Positions 1 through 15,010 of a stretch of 64,000 nucleotides of DNA are shown here, one piece after another. Location: the NCBI GenBank assembly GCA_965235115.1, contig OZ249436.1, positions 11,098,001-11,162,000 of the forward strand, written 5' to 3'. Origin of the DNA: Laetmonice hystrix (Eukaryota). Positions within the stretch are counted from its first letter, which is position 1. Every line of letters begins with the position of its first letter. Both the position numbers and the translations under genes were made by a program. The notes beneath the pieces were generated by a model. It did not search any database. It had not been told where the DNA came from and was given only the letters and a program-made list of their open reading frames with translations.

Positions 1-1337
1 AGTAGATAACCATGAAGCGACTATGGGCAATGCATGCCCCCCCCCCCCTCTCCCAATACGTGCACTTTAATCAAACCTTTAAACATCTTTTTCATGGTTT
101 TACCTTTTTTTGCTTTAATATCCCAACCAAGACCAATAATGTGTAAGTATAATTTACCGACTTGATCTCCATCAATGAGATCAGGTGCCATTTACCTGTC
201 TTACACGATTGACAGATGTCCTCAGTCCCTTAGTACCAATGATTCAGGGTTTTTCCCTCAAGGTATGCTGCAGGTGGCCACCCCCGCTGCATGCCACTGT
301 GAAATCTTTGAGTTGCTATGGAGCTGTTGAGGTTGCTATGAATGCTGCCTTAGAAGTAAATGCACCCTAAGCATTCGTAATATTTGTGTTGTTTTGTTTT
401 TGTTTTGTTCTAAACCTTACAGGAAGCATCCTCTGAATGTAAACAAACTTGCACTGACTGCCCCCTGTGTTTTATCACATTTTAGTCTGATTTACTGGTT
501 CAAACTACTCTAAATAATGACAGTTATGGAGCTGGGCCCGGTTTATAAATCACTACCCGTCCCTCCTCAACCCCAGTGAGACTCTGACTACCCCTTCATC
601 TGATGGCTTCACAACATTCTAACGTCCATGAGTGGCCATCTTCACTCGTCTTTCTACAATATAGTCTACCTCTCCCACAACGACACGACCTGGTGTAATA
701 TTATACAACAGAGAGAGAACCCAGGCACAAACTTTCTCAAGTAGCGTATCGGCTACCCGCACACTAATCTACCTGAAGGCAACCTTTACCATTTTCTGAC
801 ACACGATTGAAGCAAGATAGTCACATCGAAATTTCACACCGTGATCAAAGAACCCACTGTACCGTGACGCCTGCCCCTGAGCTGTTCTCGATCTTTTGTT
901 AAACTCTTTTCTACATCGGCCAACATTGGTATCAAATGACTACACGTGACACGTACTGCTCGCTAAATTCTCATCATATTGGTTGCTATGCGTGAATCAT
1001 GCAAGATGAACATGAATTTTAAAATAATTAATTAGAAAGGGATGCTGATTATTCAGTTACCAATTCATTTTAATAAAGACAAAGTTGTTTCGGTTCCCAT
1101 ACTTTCATTGTAAGTAAGTGTATAACAGTTCATTATTTAATCACATTTTGAGCCTCCTTGAGACTGATAATCGTGTGAACATGATTGTTTCTTTCATGCT
1201 GGCTTTTGGTTTTGTATAACAACACTGACAAATAGACAAAGCTCAACTCTCTCAATTTCCTGCTGAGCTACGTTAAAAACCAATTCCAGCGATTCTTACT
1301 GATAAATACTTCACATATTCTAAACATAAACTAGATG

Positions 1338-1600
1338 TTCATGTACATTGGGGTATGTTTATGTCGTTGATGTGGTTAATACCACCATGCCACCAGACAA
1401 GACTTTTCATGTCACACTGAGTGACTGGACCTTCCGACTACTTCTCCATTCCCCGACTGAGCACTGCTAACAGTTGGTCAGCTTTTGGCTGAGGTGACTT
1501 TTCCACCCACAAATAATGCACCTGTATAACCCCCACACGATTGTAGCCATTCATGTACATTGGGGTATGTTTATGTCGTTGATGTGGTCAATACCACCAT
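1338..1600. repeat. 51-bp direct repeat pair (1338-1388 and 1550-1600)
   Basis: ttcatgtacattggggtatgtttatgtcgttgatgtggt(t/c)aataccaccat occurs twice, 50/51 identical, 212 bp apart. Confidence 0.9.
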
Positions 1601-4600
1601 CCCAGCAACGCCAGGCCATTATAATCAATGCAATTATTTACTATATCAGCACTCATGTCCAGGGCAAACCAAAAGTGGATGTGGATACTCGTCGCTTAAT
1701 TTTGTACTCCCCATGCAATGACATATCCATTCCAAGGGAGGACTATAGGCCCTATCGCCCCAGAAAATCAGGTGTCAAAGGTAGCATTGATAATGCCCCA
1801 GAGGATCGAGGGTCCTACTGTTGTTAGTGGGGTTTTCGCGACGGTTAGCCCCCCCCCCCCAAGGAAATCACGGCTCCGTTCATGTCGCGCCAAATACTCC
1901 AGGTACCGGTACCTTTACTGTAAACCGCCCCCTCCAGACCGTTACCGGTACGGTACCAATTGTGACTACCTATGTACTGATTAGACGCTGTCTACATGAC
2001 ACTGCATACACTGCCCAGCTTCCATCAAATTACCACGGTAGTCAGCTTGTATAAGACGACTTATTGAAGCCTTACCGCTAAAGCTTCTACTATAGAAAAC
2101 GGTTTAATTACCTTGTCAACACCTCAGTCTTCCTCAGTGTCTGCCATTGGGAACGATGAAGAACGGGTTGACTACAGGTTGCTACAGCTGCACTTACAAT
2201 ATATTCACATGATGGCCTTGAAATCCCTAATCCGTTTAGCTCACCACGCCTACATCCTAACCCTTCTATCTATCAATGGGAATCTGCCTGTGTCGACCTC
2301 ACTGGTGAAGGGTCTGGCCGGTATCACGTCACGCACTTCGTCTGTTCCCGACCACCTGTCCCACTGAAAGTATTCAATGACCCCCCCCCCCCACCACCAC
2401 CACCACCATCGTTATCAATGGAGCACCTTCAAAGGAGACCGTCTTCGCAACCTGTAGGTGGTAACAAAAACACATCAAGGACTTGCTGCATGACAATACC
2501 CATCATTTCGGATATTACGGTAAGCAGGGCCTCCAGGAGCCAATACAGACCCAGTGGTGGTACCTTTATAATGGGACAACACCCATGGTCCCACTCCGCC
2601 CACCAGTTCATACATTATTCATCCACTGGTATAAATACTAAAAATGTCAATTATTTCTCCGTTAGCTGTATGTACACTTCGATACGTATAAACCATGTGC
2701 AGAGTATCCAATCCCGCCCTTCCATTCTGCCTTTATCAAGCAGTGTCAAATTTCTGGAATATTCCACTTGATTGTGATTCAGCGTTATCATTTTCATAAG
2801 ATGGAGAGCTTGACATAATAATTGACCCTTTTTTCTCTAGCACAGTCTGCACAGCAAAGTTCACTCTACCGGTAAGCCAAGTTTCAGTTTTCACAACCAA
2901 CTTCTTCCTTTCTTTATATCTCATGCACACATACTGACTTCATTTTACATCCGATTTTATTTCTCCTCAAAATATGGGATAGAACCCTAAAACTTGTTGG
3001 ACAAAGTAGGCAATGAATTCAGACTCCCCATCTAGTCTCCATCCTGGACTACAACTTGAGATACGCAATCTTGAGCCATCCACATTTAAATTAAGAAATC
3101 AATATTTTATGGCCCCCGGATAGTGAGACGTTGTCTGTATTCAAGACGCACAAAATGTTGTCAGGAAAAACAATTTCTTGGAACGAAGATCCCGTGTCAC
3201 GCTACACAAACAAGTGTTGAGTTACCGGGAAATTCAGCTATAAAACCCAAGGCACGGTGTGCTTGAGTTTTTAGTTGAAGATTTCAACTATTTCCTTCAG
3301 CTCAGGGAAGTGGTTGCAAAGTTGGTTTGTTTACCTGCGACAATATCGGCGATAGGTTCTGAATACAGAATAGGTTCCTCTGTATTATCCTATGCTTTTT
3401 GCCAATACAAGTATGTGAACAATTCTTGCTGGTGTTGGGGGCAGGCCACTGGTGTAAACACTTACACCAGTAACTCACGGCACTGGCCTACTTACGACTT
3501 CCAATATAACGTACACAATACTAATTTCCCCCCCCTTTAAGTTTAAAACTGTCTTGACGAAAATGACACTTTTTTCTTTCTTCCTTTCGTTTCAGTACCG
3601 TACAAAAAGTCTTAGTCTTACATCCTGCACAGTGAAAATCTTATACTAAGTGACACATCTATGATTGGCTCTAGTTGAGAGGGAAACCTATATTAAATAG
3701 CAGGACCTAAAGTTTACAATCAATCCTTGTATGTCAAAATTCTCAATTCCAGTATTTAGCATAACCAGTTTATCTCCCTTCAGTAAATGCAAAAACAAAA
3801 CTTCTTGACAAACGTTTAAAAAACTCTTTCCGAAGGGAGAATGTCAAGACTTTCCTTCAATAGCGCTCTTTATATATCATCGTTTGTCACTTTTGTAGCT
3901 AGGAGCTGATGAAATGCCCCCCTGAGTAGAACAGCACGACCGGAACGGTTACTGGCCGGTTACATTACCGTTTATCCATGGGGTACTGCTGTTAAACTCA
4001 TTATTTATCCCTTCGCCTAGTCTTCAATAATGTTTTCTGGAATTTTACAACTGTAATCTAGTTATACTTAGACCAGCCTGCAAAACTCAGCAGATATAAA
4101 CTTGGAGATGCTCTTCTGGCTCATTAGTACTATCTGCTGTCCACATTTATCTTTTAACGGATACTAACAATTATCATAATTTTAGTCGACATCCCGTGTC
4201 TTCTCATTCACACATTAATAAATAATTCAACCAAATAATAATCTATCTAGCTGACTACCGGTATGTACCGCTTGGATACTGTAGAGACACTGGTAATGCC
4301 TAAACTCAGGTACAGACCATCCAACACCAATGATATACCATACCGCTAAACCTCAGCACACAGCATTACTTTGTGTTTGTACATTCTAGGTTTCCACCTC
4401 GACTGGAATGGAAGGGTAACGACCCTGACACTAATTTCACCGTCAAAGTTCGACCACTAAGATTAATGATGATTGTTATTTAATGGTGCAAAGATAAAGT
4501 CGACTCATTAACGTCAAGTGTGAGGGGGTGGGGGTGGGGGGGGGGTACACAGGCGGGTCCGACTGGTGCTGCATCGAGCCGACGTGTCTGAAGAAGTCGT

Positions 4601-6015
4601 TAACCCCATGATTACTGAACCAGCGACATATACGTGGATGCACTCCCACCTCACCCCCCCCCATTCCCCCCTCCATTTTTTCTTACATAAATGTAAACCA
4701 TCCAGACACACCGCGGAGATCACGCAGTCACTACAGCCACTCCATCACAATAGGGTCCTTCTTCACAATATGTCTTCGACTTGTCTCGGCTGGAGCGGGG
4801 ACGCTCAGATCACCCGACAACGTACACACTTTTTCTACTCATCTCGGACTTGCTCTGGCTGCGTTGACACCTATCTTTTTATACTCCACATTTCCCTTAC
4901 ACCGACGGCTAAATCTACCCCATGGATAGTATACAGACCCACAGCATCTGGTAATACAATCTAACTTTTATGGAGGTACCTTTAATTTCATCAATTTTTG
5001 GTGTCTGGCAAAAGCAGTAATCTGAAAAATAATAGAGGGGTCTCGCCAAGACATAAAGGAAATGTTGGAATAATTAGTCCCTTAAATGAAGTCTAAATTA
5101 ATAAACAATATACTTAATAAACTTAAACTTTAAAGTCCCTAGCTTTTGCACTCAACTCAGATATTTACTGTCTCAATTTGTAACAACGAAATTCAAAGAG
5201 ATTTCGATATCACAACTTTGCAATGAAACCCTCGGTCTGTCCCAGACTTTATGTTGTAATATCAGTACGATTTATGCTAGTATGAATGATTCATGATGTT
5301 TTAAATGATGCTGTAATAATGCCGATAGTATACACTGTAATTGTAACTAAAGCATGGAGAGTGACGCTCTCTCTTGTCCTGAACCCTGACGGTTCCGACT
5401 TCAGTCCAGAGGTCAGCACGTCCTTGATGACATCACGGGATCCACTGAGGGGTAGGGTCCCGGTCCCGCAGTTACCCCCACCCCCACCCCCAGCGTCACA
5501 CATCTTGACGTACCTTGATGTGCTGGTTAGTGGACGGCTAAGTGGCAGGTTGGAAGGATACCTGGCCGGTTAAATATCAGGCCGGCTGGACGTGATGCTA
5601 TCACTGCCACTATCTGCCACCTATCTGACGGCATCACCCTTTGAAGATGACCTATAAATGGCCCCCGATGATTTCATACACCCCTGGCCGCGTTCTCCCC
5701 TTCCGTGCCCTCAGGGGGACCAACGAGTGACCAACCAACCAGGGAGGTCATATAAAACAGGTCAAACTGAAGTCTTACAGTAAGATAATTACAACCCCAC
5801 TTGATGACAGCCATATGAATGGCATTTGGAACGTAACTATATTTAGAAACATGTACAACATCAGATGCAAACTGTGACCTATGGGGGAAAACCTTTTCAG
5901 TATTGAAGGCATAAGACAAGTTAAATAATAAAATATGAATTGACATGATTCACTTCACATGTACACTTTTGCTAATTTACATACTTGTAAAGATTGTACT
6001 CTCATATACTTCTGG

Positions 6016-6190
6016 GATGCGTTTCTATAAAGCCCAAAAGACTCTTTGACTTTGAGACCCTCGCTGAACCCAAAGAGTCTTTGCGGCGACGTGGTGTTTC
6101 TATAACACTCTATTCTTTAAGACTGGTCCCGAAAAGACGTCTTTTGAAAGACTCTTTGCGCAAAGACATCTTTCCTTACAGAAACGCACC
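6016..6190. mobile_element. MITE-like element with imperfect terminal inverted repeats
   Basis: Left end gatgcgtttctataaa versus reverse complement of the right end ggtgcgtttctgtaag; TGG on both flanks (possible TSD); internal caaaga-N-tctttg hairpins; no real coding capacity. Confidence 0.5.
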
Positions 6191-8816
6191 TGGACTTAAT
6201 GAAGATCTATAGCTCATTTGACTAGGATCTGTATCAGAAGTGCATTGCGAGGCCCTTTTTTCTATGTCCATGCGCACCGTAATGTAACATGACTAATTTA
6301 CATCCAAGGGCAAGTCTCCAAAGGGCACTTTCACTGACACACTAATTTACACTTGCTGCCAGGTGCAAACCTTCCATAACCCCTGCCCTGAACCATTCTG
6401 CCAGCCCGACCTCCCTCAAGGCTGAGTGGAAATACCAGCTGCCAGCCTTCCTGCTCCATCCTGGCGGATCCAACTCTCACGATCATGGTACACGCCTTAC
6501 CGTGCGGCCTAATGATACAAACCTACCAGCCCACTCATGTGGCATGTCATGTATTAATACTGGACAAATTAACATGGATTATACCATCTGAGACTCATAC
6601 ATCATACCAATCCCATCAGAACTCAGACAATCCACAGACAGAGTGTTGCCGTACTTGTAAAAAGGTGCGACTCAGTGCACTGCCATGCCAATATCTGATA
6701 GGTTCAACGTGTCAGGCTTCAGAGTCTGACACCCTTTAGAATTCCGTATTCTACATAGCGACAACAGTATAATGTTTGGGAATTGGCTTTTAGAAGCCAT
6801 TCCCCAAATCCCTCACTTTCATCAAAGGCTGACTGCGGAGAGATGTAAGGTCCCTTGAGGTCTTTAATGGGCAGTCCTCTATCCACTGAACACTGCGGTC
6901 ATTTATAACATGCTGTGATGGTGATGAATGCTGCAACCACTAATTGTCATCTGCCAGACACCCTAAATCTATAAATGAGCCAAGTCTTTAATGAGCATTC
7001 CCTTAATGAGCCATGGAGATAATGAGTAGGGTTGAGACAACAGCAGGCCTGTACACCAACAGAGCTGGTAGACACACATAGGTAATCAACTTACGATTTC
7101 CTTCAATTTTCTCAGATATTTTTTTAACCAGAGAGAATACGATCAACAGTCGGAAACGAACCCGATGGTCTTCCCATTACTGAAGACTATTTTTAGCCAT
7201 ATTAGTACTAGCGGAATTATTTATCCATGTCATACGTTACGGTCAAGTCGTACCTAAACCAAATAAATGAACAGGGGCAAAAACTGATAATAGTTTGGCA
7301 TATCGTTATCTCCGTGTGCAGCTGATACTCCAGGACAATGATTTCTAAAAGTAATCATTATTGGTTTAAGTCATACGGATACTACCTGCTGTTAATCCAT
7401 CTTCTGTCTCCACTAGCTATCTTTTTTTCAGTTTGTAAGTACATTTGTACATTGTACATTTATACAACAGGACTTGGTATTACCGGTACAGTAATTCCTC
7501 TGGAACTTGAATGATGCGGGCCTATTGACCTACAGTGAATTCTTTTGCAGGGCATTCCCGCAGCTACAGCCCTGTTTATGTGAGTTTGTTAATATTCACA
7601 TGTGAATATAAGCTGTTGAAATGTCCTTAATCTTACGGTAACATTTTATCATGCAGAAATGAATGCAACCAGTTTCTGAAGAAACCATCCATCATCATCA
7701 TGGCTGCCATCGTCATCATCTCACATCTTCACGAATCATCATCAAAAAACCGGCAATCCGAGAAAAATATCAACTCATGATATCTCTTTATTGCCATGGC
7801 ACAAGTGACTACATATTTTTTTTAATCCAGGAAACACCAGGAAATCGATGAGCGAGAGGTTTGGAAGAGACAGGGCCACTGATTTCCTGCCACATTACCT
7901 TGCCCTGCCGTGGTGGATTGATCTTCCTCGCTTTATGAAATAATTGGATCAATAAATGAAACTAGAGGTAGGCTAATAACCGTGAGACGGACATGAATGT
8001 AGCCAACCATTTTAATGAGTTCTATAAACACATTCCTCACATTATCCACGCCCACTTAAACCTATAGCAATTGGCAGGCGAGGTAAGTTTTTACCTAAAT
8101 ACACTCTCAACCCCAGACTTTAGCCCCTGAACGAGATCGCTTTTCATTGAAAAGAGAGAAGTTATGATGCCATGAAATCCTTCTGTGGAGATTAACCCAG
8201 TCAAGCTTACACATGAATGAGGGTAAGATGTCTTACCCTAGATTTGCATCATCTCCCTGCAAAAGCTTGACCTTTTTCTGACACTAATTCCCCTGAGGCC
8301 TGTCAATAATCATAGTCTTACAATGAGCCTTGGTCTCTAGAGTAATAAATCACTGTCACCTAGACACGTCCCCCAAACTCTACCCTACCATCATTACTCG
8401 GACTGGTCCTTACTTATCACCTTCTCCCCTGAATTACCCAACACTACTCTAGTTATCTGTCCCAGGATGGCAACCTTCTATTACGGCGGCCAATCTATTC
8501 AGACCTTTCAAATAACTACACAAAACACAATCCTTCGGTCTAGACGGTACATAACAATAGTTTTAAAATGTTTCTGTTGCCTGGCCTCTGCATCAACATA
8601 CCCAACTGACCTTTCAGACACGTAACGCGGCTCTGTTTACATATAATACGGTGATAACGTTGATAGGGAGACGCACAGGCCAACGAAACGTATTGACACT
8701 GGAACAATGTCCCCAGAATCACCTACCACGGCGAATTGTTCCTGGAAAAGGAGTCTCTGAATGCCTGCAAAATACCTCCTGCCATTACAAGAGTATAGAA
8801 CCAATGATTGCCATTT

Positions 8817-8859
8817 AATGAATGAATGAATGAATGAATGAATGAATGAATGAATGAAT
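8817..8859. repeat. (AATG)10 microsatellite
   Basis: Direct reading of the sequence. Confidence 0.97.
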
Positions 8860-9699
8860 AAAGGAATGAAAAGCAAATACTGTACACTAATGTAGCGACT
8901 ACGTGAACGAACAAGAAGGAAAGTAATCCAACAAAGTTGAAATCCTCTTCATTCCTCATTCAACCGTGTCCCTCAATTTTTGAAAGATGCTCTGGTTTAT
9001 CTCCTTTGTGCTACAAACACGCCCCTGCCTTTAAGGCTTCATTTGTTTCATGGTGTCACACAGGAAGTATGAGCCCCATCGCTTGGCAAGAGAATCAACA
9101 TCAACAGAACACAAACAAGAGCGCAACTCACAGTGGGTAGTAGACTGTCGAGTCCGGTCGTCGAAGGACATAGTAGTCTTGATGAATATCTCCTGGTGAC
9201 CCTGGAGGAGACATCTGTCCTAGAGACCCGACATGCAGCGATCCTCCAGCCAGTGGGCCAGTCATCCCATGCTTGGCAGGTTTACATTGTACACTCATCA
9301 TTGCTCACAGTTCATGTTCGATAACAATTCGATAAGAATCACAGGTCAGCCCTGCAGTACTGGCGGTTCAAGTTGATAATAATTTGTAATATATCCAATG
9401 GTAGAAGTCAGTCCTATTTGGCCAGTGTACTGGTAGGAAGGAATTCCTACTGTAACGTAGTGCCTGTGTGAGAGTGCTATGCAATTATTCCTGAGGATAG
9501 CTTATCCTGGAAGCTGGCAGGATCCACCTACCATCTGTAGGTCTCATACCCAAACACCGCAGCTATCAATACAGCACCTTTCTCCATTAAAAAACATATC
9601 CATTAAAAAATACCAAATCTCCAGTTGGAATGCGCACGTATCCACTCAACCGGCCTTCACAAAACACGGCTCAATGTGAATCCTTGCCGTAATCTGGAG

Positions 9700-11000
9700 A
9701 ACAGTGCTGGGTAGTCAGTACTGTAACACTGTATGGCCTGGAGGACTTCTGGAGACAACTGTGTGCATCCAGTCTAACACCCAGGTCCGTGAGGATCTAG
9801 TTAGTATGTAAGACTAGAATCACGAGTAAGCCCTGTTGGTGTTAGTCCAGGTATTCCACTGAGAGGGGTTCTTCCATCACCTACACACTGCTGCAATATC
9901 CTGCCACTGACGGGCACCGCCAAAACCAGGCCATGCAGACCGGCCAGGGGACGAATCCTAGTTGTAACACTAACCACAACCTGTAGACCACCCAGGTCAT
10001 TAGATCAAAAAAACTGTGCACCGGGCAGAACTAGTTCTTGCCACCTTGGGACGACACTATATAATACATGATTCTCATATAGATTTCTGAGCAAGCAGAT
10101 GCGCCCATGCATCAGTCAACAATGTCTCGGTTGGTCATCTGTCATCCCCGTTGAGAATCCACCTTGGCCACATTGCATGTGTTGAATAGCCGATAGGATC
10201 ATTCCCTATAGATTCTGGATGACTACACTCTGTGTGAGCTTCTACATGCACAGGCTGGCAATGTCAATTGGAGGGGTCCAGAAAGGCGTACACCCGTATA
10301 GCTGGGAGCGTTTCTGGCTGCACCCGGTCTAGACTGTTAAACTGGGTGTGGCCTGTCAATATCTGATGTCCCTGCGGGTGGCTGATTTACCCCTATCTCT
10401 CCTACAGGTCATTAGGAGAACGCCGTATATATAGCACTGCCGCTGGCATCCATGGCCTCGCCAGATTCTTGCACTTCACCAGCCAGGCGGAAATCCTGAA
10501 TCACGTCCTGAACAAATTGTTTACAGAAAACATCTTGTCGCATCCACGGGGGTAAATTCTCACGAGTCAGGCGGCCGGTGAGTGTGGTATTGGCAGGGTG
10601 GGTCACTGAGATCTCTGGCTGAAGTGTCTGATCCGTAAACCATCGGACAGGTAGGCTCACAGAGACAGGCAGTTAGACCTGTGGTGGCAGGGGACAGAAC
10701 TGTTGGCACCCTGTCATAACGGCAGCGGCGTTGTCACTGAGTGTCTCCAGGTGAGTCTAGGTGAGTGTACACACTGGAGTGCTCCAGTACGTAAACACAG
10801 TCCCAGCTCCACGGGGTGGCACGATCTGTCACGAGCCTGCACGCTTGCACTGCCGACCAGTTCTGAGAACAGCCGAGTGGTGGCGCGGCAAGCCTCCATG
10901 CCAGTCATGCATGCGTGGAGAACTGATACCCCTGGCAGCCAGGCGAACCAGTGCATTCATTGGTTTATAAAACACCGTTTGGTGGTTGGCTGGCTGGCCA
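9700..11000 (-). mobile_element. Heavily decayed non-LTR retrotransposon (LINE) ORF2 3' fragment
   Basis: Frameshifted minus-strand peptides resemble late RT and C-terminal LINE motifs as I recall them: CQGYQFS (W-x-Y-x-F), VLEHSSVYTHL (YxHLG), PMVYGSDT (LYGxET), RIRPLAGLHGL. Many stops; motif recall only. Confidence 0.42.
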
Positions 11001-13156
11001 GGGTTTGGCGAGATACCAGCGGGTGACCGACCCTCGGGGTGCTGAGGCAGGATGTTTAATTTTAGTGCACAATTTTATCGCACACACACAAAATATTTTA
11101 AAAACAACATTTGTCTAATGAATACATATTTGCATTTCTTGGCCAAGTTTACATAATGAACACGTGTGTCCTCTCTAAAATTAGTAAAAAAAAAGCTATC
11201 TTTGTGTAAAACTTGTCTCCATCCACTGGAACATGTACCTATGGCCTCCCATAAATCTCTACTTAAAAAGGACAACTTCTTGTCCAAGGTTTATATATAT
11301 TCTTATGAGAGTCAATTTTTGCAGTTCTCGAACTAACTACTCAATCCCGCATTTATTGGCGACTTCAGCGGGCATGCATTCCCTGTTATAGGCCTCTTTC
11401 AGAACGGTTAGACGACATGCCCTACCCGACAACCTCGAGCAGCGGAGCTCCTTCCCATTTATTGATGAATTATTGATCGGCTTTCCTTGCGCAACTCTTC
11501 CGGTTAGGTCGGATCTCTGATTTCAGTTGATACAAGCTAACAGAAGACAGCATGTCAATAACTTGTGCGTTTATCACTGGGTTGTAACTTATACTACTGC
11601 TGCACAATGAACAACACTGTCTGCACAAACCAGGCTGGCCCAATCTTAACAGCACACCCGACCACTTGTTCTCTGTATTTAGTTAAGTAGATCTATCCTA
11701 GTCTCAGTTGTTTTTATCCTAACTGTCTGCCATCTATGTACCAAAAGTTTATTGTTTGAACTAGAGTTTTTGCATACATGTATTGCACTTCTCTGACGAT
11801 TCAGTGTTCCCTACCCTCAATGATTACGCGTCTCTTGCTGGGACAAATACACACTATACACCTAAGTGATAAGATACAAAGTGATACTACGTGCCTGGAT
11901 TAAGAGATAATGCTAAAATCCGAGCGTTCTAATTCTTACATAATAAAACGGTGCCTATTATATAATTTCAACCCCTGATAAGTTCGTATAACAAATATAT
12001 AAAAATAGAATTTTCTTTCCTTTTATTTTTGTTTCATTTCCTTTCTGAAAAAAGTGTCTATAATTATATAAGTGTTGATCATCGCTGATCGTCTTGCAAT
12101 GTATCTCATACGGAAGATGCCCCACTCATTTTTAATCCATCATTCTTGTGGGCTATAATGCAGTCAGGCCGAATCAATCAAACGGAGCAGGGGTGTGCTA
12201 GATTAGTAAACCCAAAGACCTATGAATGATGATATAATCTGCTCTTTTCTTCTAATAATATATGAAACTATTACAGTCTGAAGTATTGAACAAAAGGATC
12301 TTGGCGCTCAAGCAGGATGCCCCGAACGGTCCTTTCCTAAATTCTTGTTGAGTAAAAATGTGAAAATAAATTACTACACCTCCAGTCTCCTGGCACAACT
12401 TGTCAAATGAATCATTTCAAAACGATTGGAATAAAATTCATTGCCCAAGTTTGTAATGAATCTTTGCAACTCTCAGAACACAGCATTTATTCTAAAATGT
12501 GTTTGGTACTGATCTAGACACATAAACAATGAATACCACGTGCTTTATCATCACTCTTGTCAAATTCCATAGTAAGTTTTTACTTTGCAGGCAATGACAG
12601 ACTATTATGTATGCTATCATACTGTCCTGTGTATAATTACAAACGTTTCTGGGTTCACTGCCAAGTATTGTTCACAAAACAGTGAGGGAAACAAGAACTA
12701 AGACTGACAGAGGCATCTACTCTATCAGTCAGTGTCAGCCTGAACACTAGATGACTTGCGTCATAAATATACATGAGCCACAAAATTTGGCGTCTCTCTG
12801 ACATAGTGATCACATGTTGGAAGAGTCTCAGCCACAAACAGTGTGGCAAATAATCGTACTGGGTTCTTGATAATGATCCTTTACAGCATGGTTCAGGTTG
12901 TTAGGAACGGTGGAGTACTACTACAATGCAATCCCTCAACCATTCAAAAATACTGGTATATCTGAACAGTTTTTCTGGTCTTCTATAGTACATCAAACTA
13001 AATTCTAACTTCGAATCCTGTGACTTCCCCCACTATTTGGGTTTTATGTGAACTATTCTTTTGCACGTCATACACGCTGCCAATCGTTGAGCAAACGGTG
13101 AAATGTTTGTTGACGGCTATGTATCAGTTCCAGGATACCTCCTGGGTCACTACTAG

Positions 13157-13171
13157 TGCTGCCACCTGGTG
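13157..13171 (-). promoter_or_regulatory. CTCF-like motif (CACCAGGTGGCAGCA)
   Basis: Close to the CTCF core consensus; similar motifs at 22676-22692 (CCGCTAGGTGGCCAGCA) and 61754-61769 (CCGCCAGATGGCAGCA). Motif match only. Confidence 0.3.
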
Positions 13172-14851
13172 TAACCGCAGAATACTAACTCGGTGGCGGT
13201 GTATCATCCGTTCAGCAGTCAAAATGAAGGATTTCGATCCAACTGATCCACGGCCACTTTGCTGGACTTTTTATCATTTCTGAGTCGATATTTAAACGAT
13301 ATTCAATGTACAATGCAATGAGTAACGGTTGAAATCTATTGGTGATAAGAAAAAATGGCACTGGTATTAGGCCTAATATAAATCTTTTTGCGAGATATAA
13401 GTATGGTATGCTGGTATGTAATAAAGTTCTGTCTATAAAATTAAAGGCCATTATTTAATGATTCTTTAGAACTGTTATATATGCCAGAGCTCTCATAGTG
13501 TCACTTTCATATAGTACATGTATCGACATAGAACAGACTTTCCTTAATCTAAATCTCACAATCTGAAAACACGTCCCAGTAACTTTTTTCTAACATTCTC
13601 TATTTAAGATAACTAGGACAGTTATGTTTCACAATCCAGGTTGTGTTTGGATAAACAAGGCCTGACTGTATCATAAGCAACTTCTGTTTACATACTTTGC
13701 TTTACAACTTTAGGTACAGAGTATATCAGCAACAATATGTAGGCCCCTAATTTTACTTTTCTACATAATTCTTTAAAGTATATTAGGCACAATATAACTA
13801 ACATGCATAGTTATCTGGATATGGTCATTGGACAGTGCTGAGAAATGGTTGCAGGCGTAGATCTAGGTCTGTGGGAATATGCCACCAAACTATAACGCCC
13901 CAGGGCCCCACGAAAACAGGCTTAACACATAGACCAAATGTTTGACAACCCCCCCCCCCCCCAAACACACACAGAGCATCTAGCCATTTTGGCATTTAAA
14001 AACACTTGGCCGTCTTGGGGCCCCCCTGCACCACTTTGTGCGCCTTTTGCCCTTTTTGCAATTTTGGATCCGTCAGTGCAGTGGGCGAGTTTCAGAGTAG
14101 ACCCAGCCTAGCCAGGCCCTTGAAGTATTCATGTTCCCCCTGAACATCAAATTGTAACATTATTGGGGCCTAAGTTACCTAGCACTAACACAACATCAGT
14201 ACTAGAGCAGGCCCCATGCTCAGTGATGTGTCTGCCGTTGAATGAAGCACGTTGGCCGCAGACTGTGGCCTCGTGCCGTGGATGATTCATCCCGAGTGGC
14301 ATGGACTCGGATTGGCCGCGTACTTATTCACGTTATTGTGATGAATGTCACTGACACTCTACAGTGAATGTCGCGCTCGCCGCAGCAGCGTCAGTGTGTG
14401 GCTTCAACTGCACAAGTTCAGAAACACGCCGCCAAAGATATCAAAACAAAACAGTGTTGTTAACACGATTGTGACTGACTGACGAGAACGGATTTGGCTC
14501 TACGCCCGGACTTGTTGTGCTGCGTGAACTTGGGCACTGAAACTGAAAGGCAAATGCTCGCGGCACTGACAACTCGTGTGCAATCAATGCATACGCGAAG
14601 AAAACGCGGTTATCTAACCTAACAGAAATATTTCTTTCATAAACAAACATTAGGGAATATCTAAAATTAACAACCGGTCGAATCAAGTGAAAGATATGTT
14701 CATAACCTACCCCATGTTGAGATAATTTCACCGCTTCATGCCCAACAACAACACACGAAAACACACTTCTGTCACCGGAAACACAAAGGATTGTGGGAAG
14801 GTTCAGACTCGCATAATCTCGCAAAAATACAGGGCACATGCGAGACCTTAC

Positions 14852-14893
14852 CATTGTTGATCGAGGAGGCCGCCGCAGGAACGGTGACATCAT
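14852..14893 (-). other. Possible first exon of an unidentified divergently transcribed gene (ATG ATG TCA ... ACA ATG|GTAAGG)
   Basis: On the minus strand, acaATG (14854-14852) is followed directly by the strong donor GTAAGG in CpG-rich sequence, 157 nt from the ARNT 1a ATG. I could not assign downstream exons. Confidence 0.35.
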
Positions 14894-15010
14894 TTAACGC
14901 TTACGTTGTTTAATTTCCTAATTACTGGGCCTCGGATGACCGGTCACATATAACAGAGTAACTCATAATCTTGTGGTTTATGAGAATAGACGGTCAAAAT
15001 CCAGTCTAGT
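14894..15010. promoter_or_regulatory. Putative compact (bidirectional) promoter of ARNT exon 1a
   Basis: Short interval between two opposed start-plus-donor signals; CpG-rich flanks (about 14230-15400); palindrome TGACCGGTCA at 14937-14946. Confidence 0.45.

Noticed and set aside
4980-5021. 42-nt minus-strand exon candidate (strong acceptor; ITAFARHQKLMKLK) for the divergent gene
   Set aside because: No recognisable homology and no further exons giving a coherent protein; it cannot be distinguished from a pseudo-exon without transcripts.
14441-14893. 150-aa minus-strand ORF as a single-exon gene
   Set aside because: No recognisable domain; it runs through a strong GTAAGG donor into intron-like sequence.
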